64,000 nt of DNA from an uncultured Pseudomonadota bacterium (GCA_963770835.1 CAVYRH010000008.1:160001-224000); one strand, 5' to 3'; shown: positions 29,680 through 40,500, counted from the first letter of the stretch. Translations and numbers: made by a program. Notes: generated from the letters alone by a model not told the origin.

Positions 29680-30202
29680 GGGGATTTCCCTGGGTGCGGC
29701 CGGGGGCGGAAGTTTTTTCCAACCAAAGGCGGACTTCCACCGGCATGTTTTCGACGAGAAGGGCCAAGGCGGCGTCGGGCTGGCCCTCGGGCCAGAGCGC
29801 CGGGTTGCTCAACTGGGGCAGGTAAGGGTCGAAGCTGCCCCCGGTGCAATTGCGGAGCACCGTCAGTAAATGGCCGAAATAGAGGTTCACGAATTCGCTG
29901 AAGGCGTCGGCGTGGGGGATGTCCTGGAGGGCCTTGTCTTCCCCGGAAACATTCTCCCAAAGGTATTGGCCGAATCCCTCGGGCGCGCGGACCACCAGGA
30001 ACCCTTCCACGGGCCCGGTGAAACCCACCATCCGTTCCAGGGGGAGGTGGGCGGGGCCTTCGACCGGCAAACCCATGAAGTCGCAGGGCAAAAAGGCCCA
30101 TCTTTCCAGGACCGTTTGGAAAACCTCGAAGAGTTCCTGGTGATGGATCGCGGGAACGGCCAAGGAAGCGGGTGATCCGTTATTGGGGAACGAGTTCGTC
30201 AT
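29672..30202 (-). CDS. cheX: CheX/CheC-like phosphatase
   Basis: GFTGPVEG and DAFSEFVNL (E-x2-N); start at ATG 30202 with GGAG RBS. Confidence 0.75.
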   Translation of the reverse strand: MTNSFPNNGSPASLAVPAIHHQELFEVFQTVLERWAFLPCDFMGLPVEGPAHLPLERMVGFTGPVEGFLVVRAPEGFGQYLWENVSGEDKALQDIPHADAFSEFVNLYFGHLLTVLRNCTGGSFDPYLPQLSNPALWPEGQPDAALALLVENMPVEVRLWLEKTSAPGRTQGNPHE

Positions 30203-30390
30203 TTTCTCCTCCGAATTGCACAGGATGTTGAAAAACTTCTTAACCTTCAGGGTATTGCATATGGTTTTGCGCCCTGTAGCAGCCAAGGGCTTGGCACGAA
30301 TCGCCTTTGAACCCTTTTGATTTTCAAAAGGGTTTTCGTGCCACAGATACAAAAAAGTCCACCCTTGGACTTTTTCAACAACCTGCTAAA

Positions 30391-30405
30391 GCAATCGGAA
30401 TGCCA
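30391..30405 (-). promoter_or_regulatory. sigma54 promoter for the cheX-cheA..MCP operon; enhancer at 30468-30502
   Basis: TGGCAT-TCCGA-TTGC; palindrome TGCCCAATTATTGGGCA upstream. Confidence 0.85.
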
Positions 30406-30506
30406 GCTTTGTCACACTTAAAAACCTTGGAAAATCACCCTTTCTTTTTTTGTAACCCTCTTTTTACTGCCCAAGTTCTTGGCAATGCCCAATTATTGGG
30501 CACAAC

Positions 30507-30682
30507 GGCGGCCGGCAGTTCGCAGTCGACAGTCGGCAGTAATGTCTAAAAGGCCTTGCCGTGAACCAAGGCCTGACAATAGATTTTTAGTTTTTTATTT
30601 GGGTTTTACTGAGGACTGTTGACTGCCGACTGATTTTTCAGTTGGATTTTGCTGTCGATTGCGGATTGCCGGCCGTCGACTG
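30507..30682. repeat. Inverted heptamer-repeat element
   Basis: CAGTTCG CAGTCGA CAGTCGG CAGT versus ACTGAGG ACTGTTG ACTGCCG ACTG. Confidence 0.65.
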
Positions 30683-30687
30683 TTTTT

Positions 30688-31158
30688 TCAGTTGGGAATG
30701 AGATAGAGGAAATGAACCGGGGGGTTGCCTTCAGGGCGGAGAAGATCGGGAATCTCAACCATGTTCGAGGGAAGCTCGATTCCTCCCCGGACGGTGTAAT
30801 CCTGTAGGCCGGATTCGGCGGCTTCCGCCGCCTTCTCCAAGTCGATGACCTGGATAGGCAATCCGGGCTTGGCCAATTGGCGGCCAGCTTCTTCCAAAAG
30901 GTTGGAAAGCTTTTTCAAGCTTGTTTCGGACGGCTGTTGCGGGTCGACGTCGCCTATGACCTGCTCGACCCTCAAGGCGATCAGGTTCGAGGCGCAGGAA
31001 ATCCACGGGCGGGCCCTTTCCAGCCAAACGGTGAAATCCTGGGCCAGTTTCCCAATTTTCCGCCAATGGGCGGCATTGGGCTCCTGGATACGGCCCTTGA
31101 GGAATTCCAGCTGGCTTTCCAGCGCCTCAAGATGGATAGGCTTATTTTCGTGCTTCAT
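30688..31158 (-). CDS. Hypothetical protein
   Basis: AAGGA RBS before ATG 31158; own sigma54 promoter. Confidence 0.7.
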   Translation of the reverse strand: MKHENKPIHLEALESQLEFLKGRIQEPNAAHWRKIGKLAQDFTVWLERARPWISCASNLIALRVEQVIGDVDPQQPSETSLKKLSNLLEEAGRQLAKPGLPIQVIDLEKAAEAAESGLQDYTVRGGIELPSNMVEIPDLLRPEGNPPVHFLYLIPN

Positions 31159-31226
31159 ACTGGTTCCTTTTCGGCTTTTAGCTTGCTTGTAAGAAGGAAA
31201 TGCGTCGAAACCTTCCCTTAACAAAG

Positions 31227-31241
31227 GCAATTCAAGTGCCA
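31227..31241 (-). promoter_or_regulatory. sigma54 promoter; enhancer at 31303-31337
   Basis: TGGCAC-TTGAA-TTGC, a perfect consensus. Confidence 0.85.
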
Positions 31242-31433
31242 ATAGGAAACCAAGAAAAAGCCTTTAAAACCTGGGATTTTTCCATCCGGAGAGCCGAAGA
31301 ACTGCGTAAAAATTGCGCACTGCTCAATTTTTGGGAAATCCGGAATCGCTCACGGCCTCAACCGTAAACAGTTGGTCGGGGGTCTAGGTGCGTCGCTTGT
31401 CACGCCTGCAATAAACCTTGATGAGGCAGGACC

Positions 31434-32288
31434 CTAGGTCGCCGCCACCAGCAGCGCCTCCGAACCCGGCCGAAGGCCATCGGCCCTGTCGGCGAAATAA
31501 CGTTTCGCCAGGGTGGCCGACAACGTGGTCTGGACCTCCCTAAACCCGGCCTCGCGGGCCAGGGCCAGCATCTCTTCCGGGGTAAAGTAGCTGAGGAAAG
31601 GCGTCCCGCTGGCCTTTGCCCCCCGCGCCGCCGCCTCATATCCGGGTCGTTCCTCGGGTTCGGCCATTTCCATCGGCAGGATGAAGGTCATGGCCAGCGT
31701 GGAGCCGGGGGCGAGGGCCGCGGCCGGGCGCAAGGTAGCCGTGACGGCGTCCTTCGTGAGATACATGCTGACCCCGGTGGAGGCGACGACGGCGGGCCTG
31801 CGGGCGTCAAAACCGGCGGCCTGGAGCCGCTCCAACCAGGAACCGCCTGCCTCGAAATCGACCGACACGAGCTTAAGCCACTCCGGGACGCCGAACCCTA
31901 GCTCGACCAGGCGCCGGCGCTTCCAGGCCTGGGGACCCGGACGGTCGACCTCAAGCAGCTTGAGGTTTGAGGCGATCTCCGGCCTACGTTGGGCGAAACT
32001 GTCCAGGCCGGCGCCGAGGAGAACGTACTGGGTAACGCCCTTGCCAGCCTGTTCCACCACCAGGTCCTCGATGAAGCGGGCGCGGGCCACGATGGAGGCT
32101 CGGAAGAGCTTCGTGAAGTCCGGGTTCATATCCGGGCGGCCGCGCCAGCCTTCGTCGGGGGCGGCCAACTGGAGGCCGATTTCGTCCTCCAGTACGTGGG
32201 GAGAAGGGTCGACCTGGACGTGCAGGGCCCGCCACAAGGCGACTCTCACCGCCGTGCTGTCCGGTGCGACGCTTTTTTCGTCATTCAT
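31434..32288 (-). CDS. Class I SAM-dependent methyltransferase (LCM/TIGR00027-like)
   Basis: RARFIED, QYVLLGAGLDS, EVDRP, VDFE and GVSMYL. Confidence 0.92.
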   Translation of the reverse strand: MNDEKSVAPDSTAVRVALWRALHVQVDPSPHVLEDEIGLQLAAPDEGWRGRPDMNPDFTKLFRASIVARARFIEDLVVEQAGKGVTQYVLLGAGLDSFAQRRPEIASNLKLLEVDRPGPQAWKRRRLVELGFGVPEWLKLVSVDFEAGGSWLERLQAAGFDARRPAVVASTGVSMYLTKDAVTATLRPAAALAPGSTLAMTFILPMEMAEPEERPGYEAAARGAKASGTPFLSYFTPEEMLALAREAGFREVQTTLSATLAKRYFADRADGLRPGSEALLVAAT

Positions 32289-32406
32289 GACATCCCCTTT
32301 CATATCGATGGGTTCTTCCTAAAACCAAAGACAAGTTCAGTCGGGTTTTCCATTCGGTTGGCGGTTGATTTTATCCGATGGCTTTGCGGACGGCGGAGGA
32401 CCGATT

Positions 32407-33756
32407 TTACGATTCCAGCCCGTACCGCTTGATCTTATTGAGGAGGGTGTTGCGGCTGATGCCCAGTTCCTTTGCGGCCAGGGATTTGTTGCCGGAAGTC
32501 CTTTGCAGGGCCTTGAGGATGTTCCGTTTTTCAGTTTCCACCATGGAAAGGTCGCTTCCGTTGTCCTTGGCCGAAGCCGGGGGAGTGGGTTCCAATATTT
32601 CCAAGGGAATGTCGTCCCGGATGATCTTGCTGCCTTCGGCGGTCAGGACCATGCGGTTGATGGCATTCTTCAATTCCCGGGTGTTTCCCGGCCAGGGATA
32701 AGCTTGGAGGACGGCCAATATCCCGGAATCGAGGGGTTCCAGCGTTTTCGCGAACGTTTTGCAGGCCTCCTTGAAGAAAAAATCGATGAGGCTTTTGACG
32801 TCGTTTGGCCTGTCCCTCAAGGGCATGATGGTAAGCGGAAAAACATTGAGCCGGTAGTATAAATCCGCCCTGAAATTGCCCTCTTTGACTTCTTTTTCCA
32901 GCTCTCGGTTGGTGGCCGAGATGATGCGGACATCCAGTTTGATTTCCTGCGTGCCCCCCAGCCGGCGCAGCGTCTTTTGTTCCAAAACCTTCAATAGCTT
33001 GGTTTGGATGGTCAGTGGAAGTTCCCCCACCTCGTCCAGGAAGACCGTCCCACCCTGGGCCGTCTCAAAAAGGCCCTTCTTTTGTTTTTTCGCGTCGGTA
33101 AAGGCTCCCGCCTCATACCCGAAAAGCTCCGACTCCAACAGGGTCTCCGGGAAGGCGCCACAATGCAGTTCCACGAAGGGCTTGGCCGACCGGGGCGAGA
33201 ACAGGTGCATGAGCCGGGCCACGTGTTCCTTGCCGGTGCCCGTTTCCCCCAGGATAAGGACCGTCACGTTTTCCTGGGAGGCAACCTTTTCGATTTGTCC
33301 GTAAACCTTTCCCATCTCCGGGCTGGAAAGGAAGAGGTAATCCTTGGCGTAGCCTTCGCGGAGGGCGTTCTTGAGGTCAACCACTTGTTGACGCAGGTTG
33401 AGGTTGTCGGTCACTTTTTCCAGGAGCAATTGCAGCTCATCAAGGTTGAGCGGTTTCGTGAGGTAGTCCTCCGCCCCCTTTCGCATGGCCTCCACGGCGT
33501 GTTTCACCGTTCCCGAGCCGGTGACCATGATAACGACCGCGGATGGATTCTTCGACTTGATCTGGCCGAGGATTTCCAATCCCAGGATGTCGGGAAGATG
33601 GACGTCCAGCAGCACGATGTCGGGATTGAACAGGGCCGCTTTTTCCCGCCCCTCCACGCCCGTGAAGGCGGTCTCCACCTGGTGGCCCAGGTCCCTCAAG
33701 AAGGAAGTCATGGTCTTGGCCAGGGATTTTTCATCGTCGATCACGAGGATTTTCAT
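32407..33756 (-). CDS. NtrC-family sigma54-dependent response regulator
   Basis: REC, GETGTGKE, ESELFG..GAFTDA, FLDE, WPGNTREL and a Fis-type HTH. Confidence 0.96.
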   Translation of the reverse strand: MKILVIDDEKSLAKTMTSFLRDLGHQVETAFTGVEGREKAALFNPDIVLLDVHLPDILGLEILGQIKSKNPSAVVIMVTGSGTVKHAVEAMRKGAEDYLTKPLNLDELQLLLEKVTDNLNLRQQVVDLKNALREGYAKDYLFLSSPEMGKVYGQIEKVASQENVTVLILGETGTGKEHVARLMHLFSPRSAKPFVELHCGAFPETLLESELFGYEAGAFTDAKKQKKGLFETAQGGTVFLDEVGELPLTIQTKLLKVLEQKTLRRLGGTQEIKLDVRIISATNRELEKEVKEGNFRADLYYRLNVFPLTIMPLRDRPNDVKSLIDFFFKEACKTFAKTLEPLDSGILAVLQAYPWPGNTRELKNAINRMVLTAEGSKIIRDDIPLEILEPTPPASAKDNGSDLSMVETEKRNILKALQRTSGNKSLAAKELGISRNTLLNKIKRYGLES

Positions 33757-36700
33757 AAGAGAGATTCCTTTTCTATATGAAGTTCGATAATAAAGGCGGC
33801 ACCGTGGGGTTCCACCCGTTCCACGCGAACTTGGCCCTGGTGCTCCTCGGCGATTTTTTGACAGATGGCCAAACCCAAACCGGACCCCATTTTACGGGAA
33901 GTATAGAAAGGTTCAAACAAACGGGTCATCTCCTCGTCCGTAATTCCCTTGCCGTCGTCCTGCACCCGGAGGACCACCTTGTTTCCGGGGCTTTTGGCCC
34001 CCAGAAGCAGGTTTCCCCCCTCGGGCATGGCTTGGAAGGCATTAAGGATCAAATTGACCAGCACCCGTTCCATCCGGGTAGGGTGAATTTTCAAAGGAGG
34101 CATATCCTCCGCCACGTCGAGGATGACCTTCACCCGGGCATGGCTGGGCCCGAACTGGGTCTGCGCCAGCCAAAGGGCCTTTTGAAGAAGGTCTTTGGCG
34201 GGAACTTCGGTCCTTTCCTCGAATTTCTTTTCCGGGGAATAGTCCAACGTGTCGTGTACCAGGGTTTCCAGCCGGTCGCATTGCTGGAGGATATCCTTGA
34301 GTTGTTCATAAGCCGTGCTATTGCCCTCCAGTTTCTTGAGCAGGTACTGGGCCTGGGCCGAAATGGCCGCCGTGGGGTTGCGGATCTCGTGGGCCATGCC
34401 CGCGGCCATTTCACCCAGCGTGGCCAACCTTTGGTACTTTTGTGCCTTCCGCTCCGCCTCCTTGAGGGCCGTTATATCAAGGAATATCGCCAGGACCACC
34501 CTTCTCCCCCGGTCGTTGAAAGGAACGCTGGTCACCAGGACGTCGATGAGGCTCCCATCCAGCCGCTTGAGCTTCCTTTCCGCCAGTTCGTTGACGGCGC
34601 CACTTTCCATGACGGCCATCAACCTCACCCGGACCTGTTCCCGGAACTTGTGGGGGACAACTACCCAGAAGGATTTCCCCAGTAGTTCCTCCTCGCTCCT
34701 CGCCCCGAACATCCTCACGGCCGAGGGATTGACGTAAAGGATGTTTTCCTCGTCGTGCACCATGACCGCGTCGGGCATGGATTCCACCAGGCTGCGGTAC
34801 CGCTCTTGGCTTTCCCGTACCGCGTCCTCCGCCTGCTTGCGGGCCGTGATGTCCCTCAGGCTCACCATAATGGCGGGATTGCCCTCGAACTGGATAGTAA
34901 TGGAAGCGGTTTCCGCCGGCAAGGTGGCCCCGTCCCGGCGCACTAGGTGAATCTCGGCGGGAAGGGTCAGTCTCCCCTCCGAAAGGGTTTGGACCCGCTC
35001 GACGACGGTCTTTTGATCGTCCGGGTGGACAATGGTCATATTCGGTTTCCCCAAAAGTTCTTCCGCTTCATCGTAACCCAGCAAGGCCAGAAGCTTGGGG
35101 TTGGCGTAGACGATTTTCCCGTCCCGGTTGACCAAAATGGCGTCCGGTGACTTTTCAATGAGATTCCGGAAATTTTCCTCCGAATGCCTAAGGGCATTCT
35201 CGGCTTTTTCCTGCTCGGTCACGTCCCGGAAAATGGTGACCACCCCTTTGATGGCCGGGTCGTCCACCAAGCTAACACCCGTATAATCCACCGTGCGCCA
35301 GGAACCGTCCTTGTGCCGCAGCCGCGCCCGGTCCGAACCAACCGCGCCGGGCATTTGTGCGGCTTGGACCGCCCGGATCCTGCCGGGACGGTGGGCATCG
35401 TCCGGATGCATCAAGTCAATCATTTTCACTCCCATCAGGTCCCCGGGGGTATATCCCAAGACCCGTTCGACCGAGGGACTGATATAGGTGACGGCCCCTT
35501 CGGAGTCCATCACCATCAATACGTCGTACAACTTGTCGATCAGGGACCGGAAATACCTCTCCCGGTGTTCCAGGGCCGTCTGGGCCTCGACCCTCTCGGT
35601 GATATCCCGGAGGTTATAGATGATCCCCTGGACCGAAGGGTTTTCCAGGAGGTTGGTACCGGTAGACTCAACGATCCGCCAGGAACCGTCCTTGTGCCTG
35701 AGGCGGAATTCCACCGTCCAGGAAGCGCCGTTCTTCCCGCGGAGCTTGGCGAATTCTTCCTTAATGCGCTCCACGTCGTCCGGGTGCATGATCTCGGCAT
35801 AGCCCTGGCCGATCCTTTCCGAGGGTTCATAGCCCAAGACCCTTTTGACCGAGGGGCTGATATAGCTCATGACCCTATCTTTCCCGGTGATCGAAATGAC
35901 GTCGTAGGAGTTATCGATCAAGTTGCGGAATTTTTCCTCCGATTGGCGGAGGGTTTCCTCGGCCCTGACCTTTTCGGTGATGTCACGGAAATTGATCAGT
36001 ATCCCCTCCACATCGGGGTTTTGCAGGAGATTGGTGGCGGTGATCTCGCCGATCAGCCACTCGCCGCTTTTGTGGCGCAGCCGAAGTTGGGCGGTCAGCA
36101 TTTTTCCGGGGTTTTTCCGAAGTTCCTCCAATAATCCCATTGCTTGCGGCAGGTCATCCGGGTGGACCACTTCCAACACGTTTCGTCCGGCCCTTTCCTC
36201 CATTTCGTAACCCGTGAGTCGTTTGTTAGCGGGGCTGATATAAACAGCCGTGCCGTCTTCCGCTACCAGGGTGATCCCCTCGTGGGAATGGTCCAGAATG
36301 GCGCGGAAACGCTCCTCGGATCGCCGAAGTGCTTCTTCGGCTTTTTTCCGTTCCGTCAAATCCCAAAAACTGGCGACCCGGAGTCTTCTTCCTTCAAAAT
36401 CGAAATCCCTCCCATGGACTTCCACGGGCATGAGGGTTCCATTCTTGCGGCGCAGGTTAATTTCATACGGATCTTGCGGGTATCCCTTTTTCCGGAATTC
36501 ATGGACCTTTTCGGCCGAGGCCTTGGTCAAGACGGCGGCACCGTCCGTACCCACCAGTTCGACAGCCCGGAAACCCGTCATCTCCGCTAAGGCTTGGTTG
36601 AGATCGACGACAATCCCGTTCTCGTGGATAAGAATGCCTTCCTTTGTGATTTCCGTGAACCGCTCAAACCTCTCCTGGCTGGCCTGCATACTTCGGAGCG

Positions 36701-37328
36701 ACTCGTTGAGGTTCCGGGCGATGGAAAGGCTCAGGATCATCCCAGCCAGCCCCAGGAAGGTTCCAGCCAGGGCCAGGAGCAGGTCCAGCAGGATTTTTCC
36801 GTCGAGGTCCGATTCTTTGGCCTGGATTTTACCGTCCAGGAACCCCAGGTAACCACGACTTGCATTGTCGAAATCGATGGTGATGTCTTTCAGGTAACGG
36901 GTGTAAAGCTTTTCAGCGGAATCGCTTTTTTGGGCCGTGGAGGTCAGGATGCCCAGGGGGAATTCGGCGCTTTTGAGCCCAGCCCCCAGCCGGTAAAGCA
37001 ATTGGCGTCCCTGGGGGTCCTGTTCAACTTTGGATAACTGGACAAAATTGCCCTGGGCTTCCCTAAAGTAAGCCAGGGCTCTCTCCTTATCGGCCCCGTC
37101 CTTAAGGATGGCGAAATTTTTCCCTTTTGAGACGGCCAATTGGAAATCAGTGTCGGCGGCCCGGGCCAGCCGGGCGGCTTCATCCAAGCGGCCATCCTCC
37201 CTTGCCTCCGCCCGGATGGAAAAAAAACCAGCGAGGGTCAGCAGGAAAAAGGTGATGACGGCGGCGCCCAAATACAAGGCAAGCCTGGTTTGGGTTTTAG
37301 GACTGAGGGATTTTAAAAATTCAACCAA
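33753..37328 (-). CDS. Sensor histidine kinase with a periplasmic sensor and six PAS domains
   Basis: Two TM helices, six PAS/PAC units, AHEIRNP, NLILNA, DDGKG and GSGLGL. Confidence 0.96.
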   Translation of the reverse strand: MVEFLKSLSPKTQTRLALYLGAAVITFFLLTLAGFFSIRAEAREDGRLDEAARLARAADTDFQLAVSKGKNFAILKDGADKERALAYFREAQGNFVQLSKVEQDPQGRQLLYRLGAGLKSAEFPLGILTSTAQKSDSAEKLYTRYLKDITIDFDNASRGYLGFLDGKIQAKESDLDGKILLDLLLALAGTFLGLAGMILSLSIARNLNESLRSMQASQERFERFTEITKEGILIHENGIVVDLNQALAEMTGFRAVELVGTDGAAVLTKASAEKVHEFRKKGYPQDPYEINLRRKNGTLMPVEVHGRDFDFEGRRLRVASFWDLTERKKAEEALRRSEERFRAILDHSHEGITLVAEDGTAVYISPANKRLTGYEMEERAGRNVLEVVHPDDLPQAMGLLEELRKNPGKMLTAQLRLRHKSGEWLIGEITATNLLQNPDVEGILINFRDITEKVRAEETLRQSEEKFRNLIDNSYDVISITGKDRVMSYISPSVKRVLGYEPSERIGQGYAEIMHPDDVERIKEEFAKLRGKNGASWTVEFRLRHKDGSWRIVESTGTNLLENPSVQGIIYNLRDITERVEAQTALEHRERYFRSLIDKLYDVLMVMDSEGAVTYISPSVERVLGYTPGDLMGVKMIDLMHPDDAHRPGRIRAVQAAQMPGAVGSDRARLRHKDGSWRTVDYTGVSLVDDPAIKGVVTIFRDVTEQEKAENALRHSEENFRNLIEKSPDAILVNRDGKIVYANPKLLALLGYDEAEELLGKPNMTIVHPDDQKTVVERVQTLSEGRLTLPAEIHLVRRDGATLPAETASITIQFEGNPAIMVSLRDITARKQAEDAVRESQERYRSLVESMPDAVMVHDEENILYVNPSAVRMFGARSEEELLGKSFWVVVPHKFREQVRVRLMAVMESGAVNELAERKLKRLDGSLIDVLVTSVPFNDRGRRVVLAIFLDITALKEAERKAQKYQRLATLGEMAAGMAHEIRNPTAAISAQAQYLLKKLEGNSTAYEQLKDILQQCDRLETLVHDTLDYSPEKKFEERTEVPAKDLLQKALWLAQTQFGPSHARVKVILDVAEDMPPLKIHPTRMERVLVNLILNAFQAMPEGGNLLLGAKSPGNKVVLRVQDDGKGITDEEMTRLFEPFYTSRKMGSGLGLAICQKIAEEHQGQVRVERVEPHGAAFIIELHIEKESLL

Positions 37329-37505
37329 AGGGGTCTTCTGCTCTCGGTGATCGGATTAATTTTGCGTTGATGGAAATCGCGGGGTCAAATATAGCAAATA
37401 TCGTTGAGCACGATGAAAGTTCCTGGCGAGCAGGGCGGAAACAAGGGTTGAAGCGCAGTGATTATTTTGCAGTAAAGCCCTAAAAAGATCGCCTCTTCCT
37501 TTGGA

Positions 37506-40500
37506 TCAGTGGATAACCACGATTTTGACGGTTTGACGTCCCACGAGGCCGCCGTTGGCGGCATTTTGCAGCTCCACCACCGCGAGATAGAGGCCGCTGG
37601 CTAAGCCGCTGGTGTTCAATTGGGGTGGATTGGCCCCGTTGTCCCCCATAATCGGCGGTCCGATTAATTCACCGTCGACCGTATAAAGGCTTACCCTCAA
37701 CAACAGGCTCATGGTGGAATTACTTCGGAAGGTCACCATCGTCGAGCCGCGTCCCAACAGGTTTGGCACCGCCATCACCACTCCCATACCGGTGCCGCTG
37801 GAGCGGTCATCCACCGATACCTGCTTGATCACGGTCGTTTCATCGCCGCTTCCGTTCGTCGTATGCACTTCCAGGAAATATTGCCCGCTTTGCACGTAGG
37901 ACCCGTTGTTCCCCGTCCCGTCCCACACCACCGTCGTCCCGTTGCTCAAGATGATGTTCAACCGACTGGGCGCCCCGCCTCCCTGCCCTCCCGGCTGAAT
38001 CACCGAACTTGACAACTGCACTCCCGATATCGTCGCCTGACCCGGATCATCGTAATAAGTCACCAGGTTCTTCACTTCTTCCCCCGCCTCGTTGTAGATG
38101 AGGATCGTCGACGTCGCCAATGACCGGCTCACCGTCACCTGCTGGGTCGTGCTGTTCACCGTTCCCGAACTGTCGATATTGTCCACCTTGATGTAATAGA
38201 CCCCGTTGGAGGCCGGATCGCCGTTGGAAGTTGTCCCATTCCAGGTCGCGATGGCAATGCCCTGGTAATACACCGTTACCGCGTTATCCGCACCATGCAG
38301 GCTGGTGATGGAATCGCTTGACTCAATGGCAATGTTGTTGATCGGCTGGGAGAGTTGTTCCGTGTAGATCTGGTCGATCACCTCCCCCGCCTCGTTATAC
38401 ACGTCGATTTTCACTGTGTACTGCCCGATGAGGGCCACCGATACGCTGGCGGAAAGTGGCGCCGACAGGCCCGGGTAGGTCAGCTGGGCCCCGTTGACCA
38501 CTGGCGTCCCCGCTGCCACAAAGTTATTCACCTTCGTCTGGTAGGACAACTGGTAGTTCCCCGGCGCGAGGCTGGCCGGAAGCGTCCAGCTCAAGAGCGA
38601 ATGGGCCGCCACATAGAAAGTCGTCGTTCCCGCCGGTGCCGAATCAAATCCCACAAACGACACGTTGGCCGGCAGGGTATCCGTCACCACCACCCCGTTG
38701 GCCGAGTTGGAGGTGACGTTGATATTCAGCGTATAGGTCAAGACGCTTCCGGACTGGGCCGTCGTGGGGACTACCTGCTTCTGGAAGGTCACATTCAGCG
38801 GCGGCGTGGGGGTCGGGGTGAGGGTGGGGGTATTGGGGGCCGTCAGGGTGGGGGTGTTGGTCCTCGTGTTGGTGGCCGTATTCGTCGGCGTGAAGGTATC
38901 GGTCATCGTGGCTGTGTTGGTCGGGGAGGCCGTGGGGGTGAAAGTACTGGTATTGGTAGTGGTGTTGGTCGGCGTATAGGTGGCCGTCACCGTGGGGGTA
39001 TTGGTCAGTGTGACCGTGGGCGTTGAAGTGTTCGTGTTAGTGGGTGTGGCGGTGGGGGTCTTGGTGGCCGTATTCGTGGCGGTGTTCGGCAGCGTGTTGG
39101 TGGGGGTCGGGGTGGGGGTGTCCGTGGGAGTAACTGTGGGAGTATAGGTGTTCGTACTAGTAGCCGTGTTGGTCGGTGTGGCGGTGGGCGTGGAAGTGTC
39201 GGTCAGAGTGGACGTATTGCTGGAGGTGTTGGTGGCTGTATTCGTGGCGGTGTTTGGCAGCGTGTTGGTAGGGGTCGGAGTGGGGGTATCCGTGGGTGTG
39301 ACTGTGGGAGTATAGGTGTTCGTGCTAGTGGGCGTATTGGTCGGCGTAAAGGTGGCCGTCACCGTGGGAGTATTGGTCGCAGTGGCGGTGGGCGTGAAAG
39401 TATTCGTGTTCGTGGGAGTGTTGGTCGGGGTGGGAGTATTCACAAAGGTGTTGGTGGGAGTGGCGGTGGGGGTGTTGGTTGGTGTTTGGGTGGGTGTATT
39501 CGTGGGTGTGGCCGTATTGATCAAAGTATTGGTGGGAGTGGCGGTGGAGGTATTAGTTGGGGTGTTGGTGGGTGTGAAGGTATTCGTTGGAGTGGCCGTA
39601 GGTGTATTGGTGGGTGTCGCGGTTGCTGTATTGGTAGGCGTGGCTGTAGGTGTGCGGGTCGGCGTGTTCGTGGGGGTGGGAGTGTTGACGAAGGTATTGG
39701 TGGGCGTTGCCGTAGGAGTATTCGTCAGGGTTGCCGTAGGCGTGAAAGTATTCGTCGGAGTATTCGTGGGGGTATTAGTGGGTGTATTGGTCGGTGTGGC
39801 GGTGGGGGTATTGGTTAAAGACGGGGTAGGCGTAGCTGTGGGCGTTCGAGTTGGTGTGTTGGTGGGAGTCGGCGTAGGCGTATTGGTCGGTGTATCGGTT
39901 GGTGTATTTGTGGGGGTGGGGGTTTCTGTGGGAGTTGGGGTCTTCGTCGGGGTATTGGTGGGAGTGTTGGTCGGCGTATTGGTGGGTGTGGAGACCAGGG
40001 TATTGGTTGGGGTATTCGTAGGGGTGTTTGTGGGTGTAGGAGTCGGCGTGTTGGTGGGTGTGTTAGTCGGGGTGGGGGTCGGGGTATTCGTTGGCGTCAA
40101 AGTAGGTGTCGGGGTCGGCGTATTGGTGAGGGTATTGGTGGGGGTGCGGGTCGGGGTATTCGTAGGGGTGTTTGTTGGCGTGTTAGTGAGTGTGTTGGTG
40201 GGAGTCCGGGTCGGTGTGTTCGTGGGCGTATTGGTGGGACTATTGGTGGGCGTCGGGGTCGGCGTGTTCGTGGGGGTATTGGTGGGCGTGTTGGTCGGAG
40301 GAGGCGTGGCACAATTGGCGTTGGTAAAATTGACGGTATTAGACGTCACTGAGCCCGTATTCCAGGCACCTGCCGCGAAATTGGTGCTCAAACATTGGGC
40401 CGGGTCGGTGCCGATATAATTGCTGAGGGCAAAGATACTGACAGCCGTGCAATAGTTACCCGGAAAGCCGGAGGGGTAAACCCAGGTAAGGGGCGAACTG

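Noticed and set aside
30255..30345. c-di-GMP-I riboswitch (GGGCGCAAAACC on the - strand)
   Set aside because: The GGCAAA-stem-GNRA P2 element and downstream consensus were not found.
38805..40305. Periodic GT-rich DNA as a CRISPR array, and the Val/Gly-rich + strand ORF 39316-40419
   Set aside because: There is no repeat-spacer structure; it is the antisense of a Thr/Pro coding repeat.
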